Assembly (NCBI GenBank): GCA_050944055.1
Contig: JBMNQI010000001.1
Coordinates: 14,328-78,327, forward strand
Direction of reading: 5' to 3'
Length of the DNA: 64,000 nt
From: Oscillospiraceae bacterium
Lineage (GTDB): Bacteria > Bacillota > Clostridia > Oscillospirales > Oscillospiraceae
In this document: positions 10,610 through 19,265 of the stretch, piece after piece
How the letters are laid out: every line of letters begins with the position of its first letter
Numbering within the stretch: position 1 is the first letter of the stretch
The notes under the pieces: model-generated
Database searches by the model: none
The model's input: the letters and a program-made list of their open reading frames with translations, nothing else
Told to the model about the DNA's origin: nothing
Position numbers and translations under genes: made by a program

Positions 10610-10638
10610 TTGACACTCAAAAGGAAATATGCTACTAT
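10610..10638 (+). promoter_or_regulatory. candidate sigma-A promoter of the acpP/fab operon
   Basis: TTGACA (10610-10615), 17-nt spacer, TACTAT (10633-10638), located about 95 nt upstream of the acpP ATG. Confidence 0.55.
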
Positions 10639-10676
10639 TGCGCTCAAGGTTATCACTGATAACCTTGAGCGCAATA
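10636..10676. repeat. perfect 41-bp palindrome (20-bp arms, centre 10656), candidate operator
   Basis: The sequence is TATTGCGCTCAAGGTTATCA-C-TGATAACCTTGAGCGCAATA. Every arm position was checked as complementary. It overlaps the -10 hexamer and the predicted TSS of the acpP promoter. Confidence 0.85.
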
Positions 10677-10734
10677 ATCCGGGCATTATTCAGCGCCCGG
10701 ATAACAGTCAAAATCTAATTTTGGAGGAGCACAC

Positions 10735-10959
10735 ATGGTTTTCGAGGAAATTGCAAAACTGATTGCCGAACACAACGACTGCGACCCGGGCGAGATAACG
10801 ATGGAAAGCAGCTTTAAGGAGCTTTCCATCGACTCTCTGGATACCGTGGAAATGCTGATGAAGCTGGAAGACATAGTGGGTAAAGAGATAGAGCTTGACC
10901 GCAAGATGGAAACTGTCGGCGAGCTTGTAAGCTTCGTGGAAGAAAAGCTGCAGGAATGA
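10735..10959 (+). CDS. acpP: acyl carrier protein
   Basis: 74 aa with the phosphopantetheine attachment motif LSIDSLDTVE. Confidence 0.95.
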   Translation: MVFEEIAKLIAEHNDCDPGEITMESSFKELSIDSLDTVEMLMKLEDIVGKEIELDRKMETVGELVSFVEEKLQE

Positions 10960-11900
10960 TTAAGTCGGAAATCTGTGATCTGCTTAATATCCGCTATCCG
11001 GTGTTTCAGGGCGGCATGGCCTGGATTGCCGACGGAAGGCTGGCCTCGGCCGTGTCCGAAGCGGGCGGGCTCGGCGTAATCGCGGCCGGAAACGCGCCCG
11101 GCGAATATGTAAGAGAGCAGGTACGCATAGCGTCTTCTCTTACCGACAAGCCCTTCGGCGTCAATATAATGCTTATGAGCCCGTTTGCGGACGAGGTAGC
11201 GCAGGCTGTAATCGAGGAGAAGGTAAAAGTCGTGACAACCGGGGCCGGTAACCCGGCGAAGTATATGCAGGCGTGGCTCGGGGCGGGCATAAAGGTCATA
11301 CCGGTCGTCGCCTCCGTCGCGATGGCTAAGCTCGTGACGCGCCTTGGCGCCTCGGCGGTAATAGCCGAGGGAGGAGAGAGCGGTGGGCATGTGGGAGAGC
11401 TGTCTACGATGGTGATTGTTCCGCTCATCTGCGACGCGACGCATCTTCCGGTTATTGCGGCCGGCGGGATTGCCGACGGGAGAGGGGCCGCTGCGGCTTT
11501 TATCTTAGGCGCCCGCGGCATACAGATGGGCACGAGGTTCCTGTCGGCGCTAGAGTGCTCAATCCACCCCAATTACAAGGAAAAGATTCTGAAAGCGGGC
11601 GATCTGTGCACGGTTGTTACCGGAAAGCGGCTCGGTCATCCTGTGCGCTGCCTGCGCACTACATTTTCCAGGGAATATATGAAAAAGGAATACAGCGATA
11701 TTTCGGACGAAGAGCTTGAGCAGTTAGGCACGGGCGCCCTGCGCCTCGCGGTTCAGGAGGGAGACGTCAAAAACGGCTCTTTCCTCTCCGGGCAGTGCGC
11801 GGCTTTGGTGACAAGGGAACAGCCCGCGGCAGAAATAATTCAGGAAGTGATGGAAGAGGCCGAAGCCTTGCTTCGCGGGATGGGCAAATGGGTAAGATAG
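10956..11900 (+). CDS. fabK: enoyl-ACP reductase II (FMN-dependent, nitronate monooxygenase fold)
   Basis: Motifs YPVFQGGMAW and AAGGIADGRGAAAAFILGA. It lies between acpP and fabD, as in Clostridia and streptococci. Confidence 0.9.
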   Translation: MIKSEICDLLNIRYPVFQGGMAWIADGRLASAVSEAGGLGVIAAGNAPGEYVREQVRIASSLTDKPFGVNIMLMSPFADEVAQAVIEEKVKVVTTGAGNPAKYMQAWLGAGIKVIPVVASVAMAKLVTRLGASAVIAEGGESGGHVGELSTMVIVPLICDATHLPVIAAGGIADGRGAAAAFILGARGIQMGTRFLSALECSIHPNYKEKILKAGDLCTVVTGKRLGHPVRCLRTTFSREYMKKEYSDISDEELEQLGTGALRLAVQEGDVKNGSFLSGQCAALVTREQPAAEIIQEVMEEAEALLRGMGKWVR

Positions 11901-12805
11901 CGTTTGTTTTTTCCGGGCAGGGTGCTCAGTACGGCGGCATGGGCCAGGACCTGTACAGGAATAACGCTGCCGCCGCCGAGGTGTTTGAATCTGCCGAAAA
12001 GCTCCGGCCCGGCACGATTGAGCAGTGCTTTTCCGGCTCCGAGGAGGAGCTGGCCAGAACCGTGAACACACAGCCATGCTTGTTCGCGATGGAGATGGCG
12101 GCGGCCGCCGCTGTCTCGGAGGCGGGCGTTAAGCCGTGCATGGCGGCGGGCTTCTCGCTCGGGGAGCTGGCAGCGCTGACTTACTCCGGCGTTCTGGGCT
12201 TCGAGGAGGGGTTTAGGCTCGTATGCCTGCGGGCGGAGCTTATGCAGGCCGACGCCGAAAAGACGGACGGGGCGATGGCCGCGGTGCTGAGGCTGAGCAG
12301 CGAAGCCGTCGAGCGTCTGTGCAATCGTTATAAGCACGTTTACCCCGTGAATTACAACTGCCCCGGCCAGATAACCGTCTCGGGGCTTAAACCAGAGCTC
12401 GAGAGTTTCGCCAAAGACGTCAGGAACGAAGGCGGACGAACGATTATGCTTAAGGTAAAAGGCTGCTACCACACTCCGTTTATGGAAAACGCGTCGAAGA
12501 ATTTTCTCAGCGCGGCTGAAAAAACGGATATGGGAGAGCCCGGCATAACTCTTTACTCAAACTTTACCGGCCTGCCCTATGAAGGCAGTTGTGCAGAGCT
12601 TCTTTCAAAGCAGATATGCAGCCCCGTGAGATGGGAGAGCATCGTAGCCCATATGATAGGAAGCGGCGCCGATACTTTCATAGAGCTGGGCCCCGGAAGG
12701 ACACTGTGCGGCATGATAAACAAAACAGATCCGAACGTGCGAACGCTGAACGTCGAGGATATGGACTCTCTGCGCCGGGCGGTGAAGGAGGTAATTATGT
12801 GCTGA
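11888..12805 (+). CDS. fabD: malonyl-CoA:ACP transacylase
   Basis: Motifs FVFSGQGAQY and active-site GFSLGE. ATG at 11888 overlaps the fabK end; the ORF-track start at 11795 is an extension. Confidence 0.9.
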   Translation: MGKIAFVFSGQGAQYGGMGQDLYRNNAAAAEVFESAEKLRPGTIEQCFSGSEEELARTVNTQPCLFAMEMAAAAAVSEAGVKPCMAAGFSLGELAALTYSGVLGFEEGFRLVCLRAELMQADAEKTDGAMAAVLRLSSEAVERLCNRYKHVYPVNYNCPGQITVSGLKPELESFAKDVRNEGGRTIMLKVKGCYHTPFMENASKNFLSAAEKTDMGEPGITLYSNFTGLPYEGSCAELLSKQICSPVRWESIVAHMIGSGADTFIELGPGRTLCGMINKTDPNVRTLNVEDMDSLRRAVKEVIMC

Positions 12806-13536
12806 AAGGCAAGGTGGCCGTCATAACCGGCGGCGGCAGGGGCATCGGAGCCGCGATTACAGAGAAATTCGCGTCTCTCGGCGCCGATATAGCGGTAATC
12901 TACGCCGGCAACAGGGAAGCGGCGCTTTGTATATGCGAAACCTGCGAGCGCAAATACGGAATAAGGATTAAACCGTATCGCTGCGACGTATCCGATTTCG
13001 AGGCGTCAAAAAAGACGGTTGCGGAGATAAAAAAAGACATGGGAACAGTCGACATACTTGTCAACAACGCGGGAATCACGCGCGACGGGCTGATTGCCGT
13101 TATGAAGGAATCGGATTTTGACGCGGTAATCGGAGCCGACCTCAAGGGCGCGTTCAATATGATAAGGCACTGCAGCGGCATTTTTATTAAAAGCCGCGCC
13201 GGGAAGATTATAAACATCAGCTCCGTCGTCGGCCTGAGAGGCAACACCGGTCAGGCCAATTATTCGGCGGCAAAGGCGGGGCTGATCGGACTTACCAAGT
13301 CCGTGGCCAGGGAGCTCGCCGCAAAAAACATAACCTGCAACGCAATAGCGCCGGGCTTCATACAGACGGATATGACCGCCGGCATTGAAGACTCAGGCCT
13401 CCTGAAAGCGGGCATACCGCTGGGAAGGCTCGGCACGCCGAGTGATGTCGCGGAGCTTGCGGCGTTCCTTGCCGGTGGCGGCTCCGACTATATAACGGGG
13501 GAAGTCATAAGAGTCGACGGCGGGCTGGCCATATAG
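12799..13536 (+). CDS. fabG: 3-oxoacyl-ACP reductase
   Basis: SDR motifs TGGGRGIGAA and YSAAKAG. A GTG start at 12799 follows a GAAGGAGG RBS; the upstream part of the track ORF overlaps fabD. Confidence 0.9.
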   Translation: MLKGKVAVITGGGRGIGAAITEKFASLGADIAVIYAGNREAALCICETCERKYGIRIKPYRCDVSDFEASKKTVAEIKKDMGTVDILVNNAGITRDGLIAVMKESDFDAVIGADLKGAFNMIRHCSGIFIKSRAGKIINISSVVGLRGNTGQANYSAAKAGLIGLTKSVARELAAKNITCNAIAPGFIQTDMTAGIEDSGLLKAGIPLGRLGTPSDVAELAAFLAGGGSDYITGEVIRVDGGLAI

Positions 13537-13634
13537 CGCCGTGCGTGGCTGCGCCTTCACGAAAAGCAAAAACCGTATATGGCGCTCAATTTCCGAAAAC
13601 AAAAAATCCGCGCGCAGCGCGGCGGAGGTATCAG

Positions 13635-14867
13635 ATGAATAGAAGAGTGGCCGTAACCGGCATGGGAATCATAAGCCCTGTCGGCAACAGCGTTGCCCAA
13701 TTCTGGGAAAGCCTCATACAGGGCAGGCACGGAATCGGGCCGATAACAAGGTTCGACATTTCGAATTATAAAGCCAGACTGGCGGCGGAAATCAAGGATT
13801 TTAACGCCAGGGACTATATGGATAAGGCGGATATTGTACGCAGCGACGTATTCGCGCATTACGGAATTGCAGCCGCCTGCCAGGCAGTGGAGGACAGCGG
13901 GATTATAGGCACGCTCCCGCCCGAACGCCTGTCGGTTTATTTCGGCTCGGGAATCGGCGGCATACAGACGTTTACCAACGAGCTTGACAAGCTGCGCGCC
14001 CGAGGCCCCCACAGGGTATCGCCGTACTACATTCCGATGATGATAGCCAACATCGTCTCGGGTATGATTGCTATAAGGTTCAACTGCAGGGGTGCGGCCA
14101 TGCCGGCGGTCACAGCCTGCGCGACAGGCGCGAACGCGCTCGGCGAGGGCGTGCGCGCAATCCGCCACGGCTACGCGGACGCCGTTATCTCGGGCGGATC
14201 GGAAGCCCCGATAACCGAGATAGGCGTGGCCGGCTTCACAAATATGCAGGCTCTCAGCGTCGCGGAGGATCCGGACAGAGCGTCTCTCCCGTTCGACAGG
14301 CGCAGAAGCGGGTTCGTCATGGGCGAAGGCGGCGCGTGCGTCGTGCTTGAGGAGCTGAACCATGCGCTGAAAAGAGGCGCGCGCATCTACGGCGAGGTCT
14401 GCGGTTACGGCTCCACCTGCGACGCCTACCATATCACTTCGCCCAGGGAAGACGCCGAGGGCGGCGCTCAGGCTATCAAAGACGCGCTTCGCGAGGCGGG
14501 CTACAGAGGAGACGAGGTTATATACGTAAACGCCCATGGCACGGGGACACCGCTCAACGACATAACGGAGACGAGGTCTATAAAAAAAGCTTTCGGAGAG
14601 GCGAAGTCAAAGGAGCTGCTCATCAGCTCGACCAAGTCAATGACAGGCCACATGCTCGGGGCCGCGGGCGCCGCCGAGTCAATCGTGTGCCTGAAGGCTT
14701 TAAACGAGGGAATTGTCCCGCCGACACTGGGGCTGATTGAGCCGGACGAAGAATGTGATCTTAACTATGTTCCCCAAAAGGCGGCGGTCGCGAAAATCGA
14801 CCTGGCTGTCAACAACTCCTTCGGCTTCGGCGGCCACAACGCGTGCCTTGCTTTCAGAAGTGTATAA
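13635..14867 (+). CDS. fabF: 3-oxoacyl-ACP synthase II
   Basis: Active-site Cys (VTACATGANA), HGTGT and NSFGFGGHNA motifs. ATG at 13635 follows GGCGGAGG. Confidence 0.9.
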   Translation: MNRRVAVTGMGIISPVGNSVAQFWESLIQGRHGIGPITRFDISNYKARLAAEIKDFNARDYMDKADIVRSDVFAHYGIAAACQAVEDSGIIGTLPPERLSVYFGSGIGGIQTFTNELDKLRARGPHRVSPYYIPMMIANIVSGMIAIRFNCRGAAMPAVTACATGANALGEGVRAIRHGYADAVISGGSEAPITEIGVAGFTNMQALSVAEDPDRASLPFDRRRSGFVMGEGGACVVLEELNHALKRGARIYGEVCGYGSTCDAYHITSPREDAEGGAQAIKDALREAGYRGDEVIYVNAHGTGTPLNDITETRSIKKAFGEAKSKELLISSTKSMTGHMLGAAGAAESIVCLKALNEGIVPPTLGLIEPDEECDLNYVPQKAAVAKIDLAVNNSFGFGGHNACLAFRSV

Positions 14868-14897
14868 ATCGGCGGCTGCGAAAGGATTGACAGGTCT

Positions 14898-15314
14898 ATG
14901 GAAGAGACGAGAATACGCAGATATGCGCAGCTTATGCAGGAGCTGGATCTTACCGGGCTGGAGATAAGCGAGAACGGGAATGCGATCCGCCTTGAGAGAA
15001 ACTGCCGAAAAGAGCTTCCTCCGGAAACGGCGGCCCTGCCCGTTATGGCGCGGGAGAGAGCTTCTGATTTTATCGAAATATGCTCTCCGATGGTGGGGGT
15101 CTTCTACGCCTCGCCGACTGAAAACGCGCCTCCATACGTGCAGGTCGGAGACAGAGTAAAGAAGGGGGACGTGCTTTGCATAATTGAGGCGATGAAGCTT
15201 ATGAACGAGATAACGTCCGAGCAGGACGGCATAATCGCCGAAATCTGCGTCGGCAATTCCGAGGCGGTAGATTTCGGGCGCGTGCTGTTCAGGCTCAGAA
15301 AGGAGCAGGCATGA
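14898..15314 (+). CDS. accB: biotin carboxyl carrier protein of acetyl-CoA carboxylase
   Basis: Biotinylation motif EAMKLMN. Length is 138 aa. Confidence 0.9.
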   Translation: MEETRIRRYAQLMQELDLTGLEISENGNAIRLERNCRKELPPETAALPVMARERASDFIEICSPMVGVFYASPTENAPPYVQVGDRVKKGDVLCIIEAMKLMNEITSEQDGIIAEICVGNSEAVDFGRVLFRLRKEQA

Positions 15315-15721
15315 ACCGCGAGGAGATAATGCAGATACTTCCGCACCGCGACAGCATGCTGCTTATTGACGAGGTGAGCCTGGAAAACGACACAGCGCAC
15401 GGGAGATACCTGGTTCGCGGCGACGAATGGTTTCTTAAGGGCCATTTCCCGGGAGAGCCGATAGTTCCGGGCGTTATACTGTGCGAAATGCTCGCCCAGT
15501 CCGCCTGCGTCCTCGTCGGCGGACTCGGGGGAAAGCTTCCCCTGCTTACCGGCTTAAATAACGTCAGGTTCAAAACTCCTGTCAGACCCGGTGACGTATT
15601 CGAGTCCGAGTGCATTCTCGCTAAGGCAAGGCCGCCCTTCTATTTCGCGCAGGGGAAGGGCTACGTAAACGGGGAGCTGAGCCTCAAGGCGGATTTCTCC
15701 CTGGCCGTAACGGGGGACTAG
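15311..15721 (+). CDS. fabZ: 3-hydroxyacyl-ACP dehydratase
   Basis: Hotdog fold with the GHFPGEPIVPGVI motif. Length is 136 aa. Confidence 0.9.
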   Translation: MNREEIMQILPHRDSMLLIDEVSLENDTAHGRYLVRGDEWFLKGHFPGEPIVPGVILCEMLAQSACVLVGGLGGKLPLLTGLNNVRFKTPVRPGDVFESECILAKARPPFYFAQGKGYVNGELSLKADFSLAVTGD

Positions 15722-15725
15722 GATC

Positions 15726-17057
15726 ATGTTCTCCAAGATTTTAATAGCGAACCGGGGCGAAATCGCCGTAAGGATAATACGCGCCTGCAAGGAAATGGGC
15801 ATTTCCACGGTGGCGGTGTATTCCGAGGCCGACGCGGAGGCGCTGCACGTCGCCCTGGCGGACGAGAGCTACTGTATTGGAAGGGCGGAAGCGGCGGAAA
15901 GCTACCTCAAAGAGGACAGGATAATAAGCGCGGCCCTGGTGTCCGGAGCTCAGGCGATACATCCCGGCTGCGGCTTCCTGTCCGAAAACGCGCATTTTAT
16001 GGATCTGTGCAGGCGGAACAGCCTCGTATTTATCGGCCCTTCCGCCGGGAATATAAAGGAGCTGTCCGACAAGGAGAAAGTCAAGCGCCTGATGGAGGAT
16101 GCCGGGCTGACCGTAATCCCGGGCTCGCCTGTCGTCGATACGGCGGAGGACGCGATCATTGCCGCCGGAAAGCTCGGATACCCCGTAATGCTCAAGGCCC
16201 GCTCCGGGGGCGGCGGGCGCGGCATACGCTTAATACGCAGCGTGTCAGATATCAATGCCGGGTTTATGCACGCGTCCATGGAGGCAAAAAAAGCGTTCGG
16301 CGACGGGGGGCTGTACCTCGAAAAATACATTAGCCCCGCCCGCCATATAGAGGTGCAGGTCTTGGCGGATGAAAAGGGTAATGTAGTCTGCCTGGGCGAG
16401 CGCGACTGCTCCGTTCAGAGAAAAAACCAAAAGCTGATAGAGGAAAGCCCTTCTCCCGCGATTGACGAAAAGCAGAGAAGAAGCCTAATCAAGCTGGTTG
16501 CGGGCGCAATGGAGAAGCTTAAATATGTAGGCGCGGGCACGCTTGAATTCCTCCTCGACGGGGACGGCAGGCTGTATTTTATGGAGATGAACACACGCCT
16601 GCAGGTGGAGCACGCGGTAACCGAAGAGCTGACAGGCATTGATATAGTCAAGTGGCAGATACGCGTGGCGGCGGGCGTGGAGCTGGGATTTAAGCAAAAG
16701 GACGTCAAATTTGAAGGAGCCTCGATAGAATGCCGCATAAACGCGCTCAGGCCCGGAAAGGTTGAGTTTCTGCATATACCGGGAGGGCCGTCTGTCCGCT
16801 TCGACACATATCTTACGGCGGGTGCGGAAGTCACCCCGTTTTACGATCCCCTGCTCGGAAAGCTAATAACAAGCGCAGGGACGCGGGAGGAAGCGCTGCG
16901 CAAAATGAAGTCCGCGCTCTGCGAGCTGATTATTGAGGGCGTTGAAAACAATATCGAGCAGCAGATAGAGCTCATAGGCAGCGAATCAATGAAAAACGGA
17001 ACGTACAATCTGGACTTTTTCCAAGCATGCGCGCACGAACTGCTTCCGCGGAGGTGA
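15726..17057 (+). CDS. accC: acetyl-CoA carboxylase, biotin carboxylase subunit
   Basis: ATP-grasp motifs GGGGRGIR and EMNTRLQVEH. Length is 443 aa. Confidence 0.95.
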   Translation: MFSKILIANRGEIAVRIIRACKEMGISTVAVYSEADAEALHVALADESYCIGRAEAAESYLKEDRIISAALVSGAQAIHPGCGFLSENAHFMDLCRRNSLVFIGPSAGNIKELSDKEKVKRLMEDAGLTVIPGSPVVDTAEDAIIAAGKLGYPVMLKARSGGGGRGIRLIRSVSDINAGFMHASMEAKKAFGDGGLYLEKYISPARHIEVQVLADEKGNVVCLGERDCSVQRKNQKLIEESPSPAIDEKQRRSLIKLVAGAMEKLKYVGAGTLEFLLDGDGRLYFMEMNTRLQVEHAVTEELTGIDIVKWQIRVAAGVELGFKQKDVKFEGASIECRINALRPGKVEFLHIPGGPSVRFDTYLTAGAEVTPFYDPLLGKLITSAGTREEALRKMKSALCELIIEGVENNIEQQIELIGSESMKNGTYNLDFFQACAHELLPRR

Positions 17058-17062
17058 TTTAT

Positions 17063-17926
17063 ATGGCCTTTATTCACTTCAGGCATAAGCCGAAAAACGA
17101 GCTTGAAAAAGGCGGCAGGCAGGCGGCGCCGGTGCTCGCGGATGAGAACGAGCCGTCGAAGACCTGCCCGAACTGCCGCAGGCAGATTCCGCTCAGCCTC
17201 ATCTGGGGCAGATACCACACCTGTACCTGCGGCTATCATTTCCGCATGACCGCGCGGCAGAGGATAAACTTCATAGCGGACAGAAATAGCTTTTCGGAGA
17301 TGTACTCGGGCCTCGTCTCCGAGGACGCGCTCTCCTTCCCGGGTTATAGAAACAAGCTCAGGACGACGCGAAGCGCCTGCGGCGAAACCGAGGCGGTGAT
17401 CTGCGGGATGGCCACGATAGGCGGGAGTGTATGCTGCATGTTTGTAATGGAACCTTATTTTATGATGGGCAGCATGGGCGCGGCTGTCGGCGAGAAGGTA
17501 ACGAGAATCTTTGAATACGCCGCGCAGAACGCGCTTCCCGTCGTGGGATTCACGGTATCGGGCGGGGCGAGGATGCAGGAGGGAATTATATCGCTGATGC
17601 AGATGGCGAAGACCTCCGCGTCAGTCAGGCGGCACGGGGACAAGGGGCTTTTTTACCTCACGGTTCTGACGGACCCGACGACAGGAGGGGTTACGGCGAG
17701 CTTCGGAATGCAGGGGGACATCATACTGGCCGAGCCGGGTGCGACGATCGGATTTGCCGGGGCGCGCGTCGTGGAGCAGACGACGCGAAAAAAGCTGCCC
17801 GCCGGCTTTCAGACGGCCGAATTCATGCTGGAGCACGGGTTTATTGACGCGATTGTCCCGAGGGCGGAGCAAAAAAAAACCATATCATACCTGCTTAAAA
17901 TGCACGGCGGAGGCGGGAGCGCATGA
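17063..17926 (+). CDS. accD: acetyl-CoA carboxylase carboxyltransferase beta subunit
   Basis: N-terminal zinc ribbon CPNCRRQ...CTCGYHF and a crotonase-like CT domain. ATG at 17063. Confidence 0.9.
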   Translation: MAFIHFRHKPKNELEKGGRQAAPVLADENEPSKTCPNCRRQIPLSLIWGRYHTCTCGYHFRMTARQRINFIADRNSFSEMYSGLVSEDALSFPGYRNKLRTTRSACGETEAVICGMATIGGSVCCMFVMEPYFMMGSMGAAVGEKVTRIFEYAAQNALPVVGFTVSGGARMQEGIISLMQMAKTSASVRRHGDKGLFYLTVLTDPTTGGVTASFGMQGDIILAEPGATIGFAGARVVEQTTRKKLPAGFQTAEFMLEHGFIDAIVPRAEQKKTISYLLKMHGGGGSA

Positions 17927-18756
17927 GCAGAAAAGCATACGACAGGGTCAGGCTTGCAAGAGCGAACAGCCGGCCGACGGGCAGAAGCTATATAGAGCAT
18001 ATATTTTCGGATTTTTTTGAGCTGCACGGGGACAGGAGGTTTTCCGACGATCCGGCAATCATCGGGGGAATCGCATATCTTAACGGCATTCCGGTGACAG
18101 TCATTGCAGTTGAAAAGGGGCGCGGCGCCAGGGAGCGCGCCTTCCGGAACTTCGGCTCGCCAAATCCGGAGGGGTACAGAAAGGCACTGCGCCTTATGAA
18201 GCAGGCGGAAAAATTCTGCCGCCCGGTGATTTGCTTTGTGGATACGTCCGGCGCGTTCTGCGGCATAGGGGCCGAGGAGCGCGGGCAGGGACAGGCCATA
18301 GCCGAAAACCTGTTGGAGATGTCGGCGCTGAGGATCCCGATCATCTCAATCATAACGGGAGAAGGCGGGAGCGGCGGCGCGCTTGCGCTGGCCGTCGCGG
18401 ATGAGGTCTGGATGCTTGAAAACGCAATCTATTCCGTCATTTCACCCGAGGGCTGCGCGAGCATATTATGGAAGGACGCGTCGAAAGCCGCCGAAGCTGC
18501 AAACAGCCTGAAGCTTACGGCGAACGATGCGCTGTCCCTATCGGCCGCAGAGCGGATTATACCCGAAAAAGAGCTCGGGAAGGACGGTTTTTACGAGAAT
18601 ATTAAAGATATGCTGGTTCGGCAGCTAGAAATACTCAGGAAGATGCCCGCGCAGGAGCTGATTGACAAACGCTACGAAAGATTCAGAAAAATAGGCTGCG
18701 AATCGCTTCTTGGGGACGAAGCCGAGCAAGGCGAGGGAGGTCAGCATGCAGAATGA
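17923..18756 (+). CDS. accA: acetyl-CoA carboxylase carboxyltransferase alpha subunit
   Basis: Motifs [21 protein letters not shown] and [11 protein letters not shown]. The start overlaps the accD stop. Confidence 0.9.
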   Translation: MSRKAYDRVRLARANSRPTGRSYIEHIFSDFFELHGDRRFSDDPAIIGGIAYLNGIPVTVIAVEKGRGARERAFRNFGSPNPEGYRKALRLMKQAEKFCRPVICFVDTSGAFCGIGAEERGQGQAIAENLLEMSALRIPIISIITGEGGSGGALALAVADEVWMLENAIYSVISPEGCASILWKDASKAAEAANSLKLTANDALSLSAAERIIPEKELGKDGFYENIKDMLVRQLEILRKMPAQELIDKRYERFRKIGCESLLGDEAEQGEGGQHAE

Positions 18757-19189
18757 AGCCGTGCCCTATATAAGGCGTGCGTTCTTTTACGAGACGGATA
18801 TGATGGGCATAATACATCACGCCAATTACATCCTCTGGATGGAGGAAGCCCGCACGGATTTTATGGAAAAGGCCGGGCTGGGAAAGCTCGAGGGCATAGG
18901 GATACAACTGCCTGTCGTCAGCCTGAGCTGCAGATATGTCTCTTCAGTGCGCAGCGGCGACATAATTGAGGTCGGCACTCTCCTCGCGTTTTTTAACGGT
19001 ATCAGGGCGATATACAAATATGAAATGCGCGATGCGGGAAGCGGGCGGCTCGTCGCAGCCGGCGAGACCGTACACTGTTTTCTGGACGAAAGAACCGGGA
19101 TGCCTGTAAACCTGAAGAAGAGATGCCCGGAACTATATGAAAGAGCATTTAAAGCATGTAAGCTTAAGGACGCGTCCGAAATTACATAG
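18746..19189 (+). CDS. acyl-CoA thioesterase, 4HBT/YbgC-like hotdog fold
   Basis: The [14 protein letters not shown] motif is characteristic of YbgC/FadM-type thioesterases. ATG at 18746. Confidence 0.75.
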   Translation: MQNEAVPYIRRAFFYETDMMGIIHHANYILWMEEARTDFMEKAGLGKLEGIGIQLPVVSLSCRYVSSVRSGDIIEVGTLLAFFNGIRAIYKYEMRDAGSGRLVAAGETVHCFLDERTGMPVNLKKRCPELYERAFKACKLKDASEIT

Positions 19190-19265
19190 CGCGTGTAGCC
19201 TGAGGCAGGTAAACGGCACAAAACGGCCGCACAGCCTTTGTGCCTTACGAAAGGAGCGGTTATAA

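Noticed and set aside
13557-14537. 326-aa minus-strand ORF antisense to fabF
   Set aside because: It is a shadow ORF. The fabF frame has Cys/His/His catalytic motifs, and the antisense product is Arg/Ala-rich with no domain.
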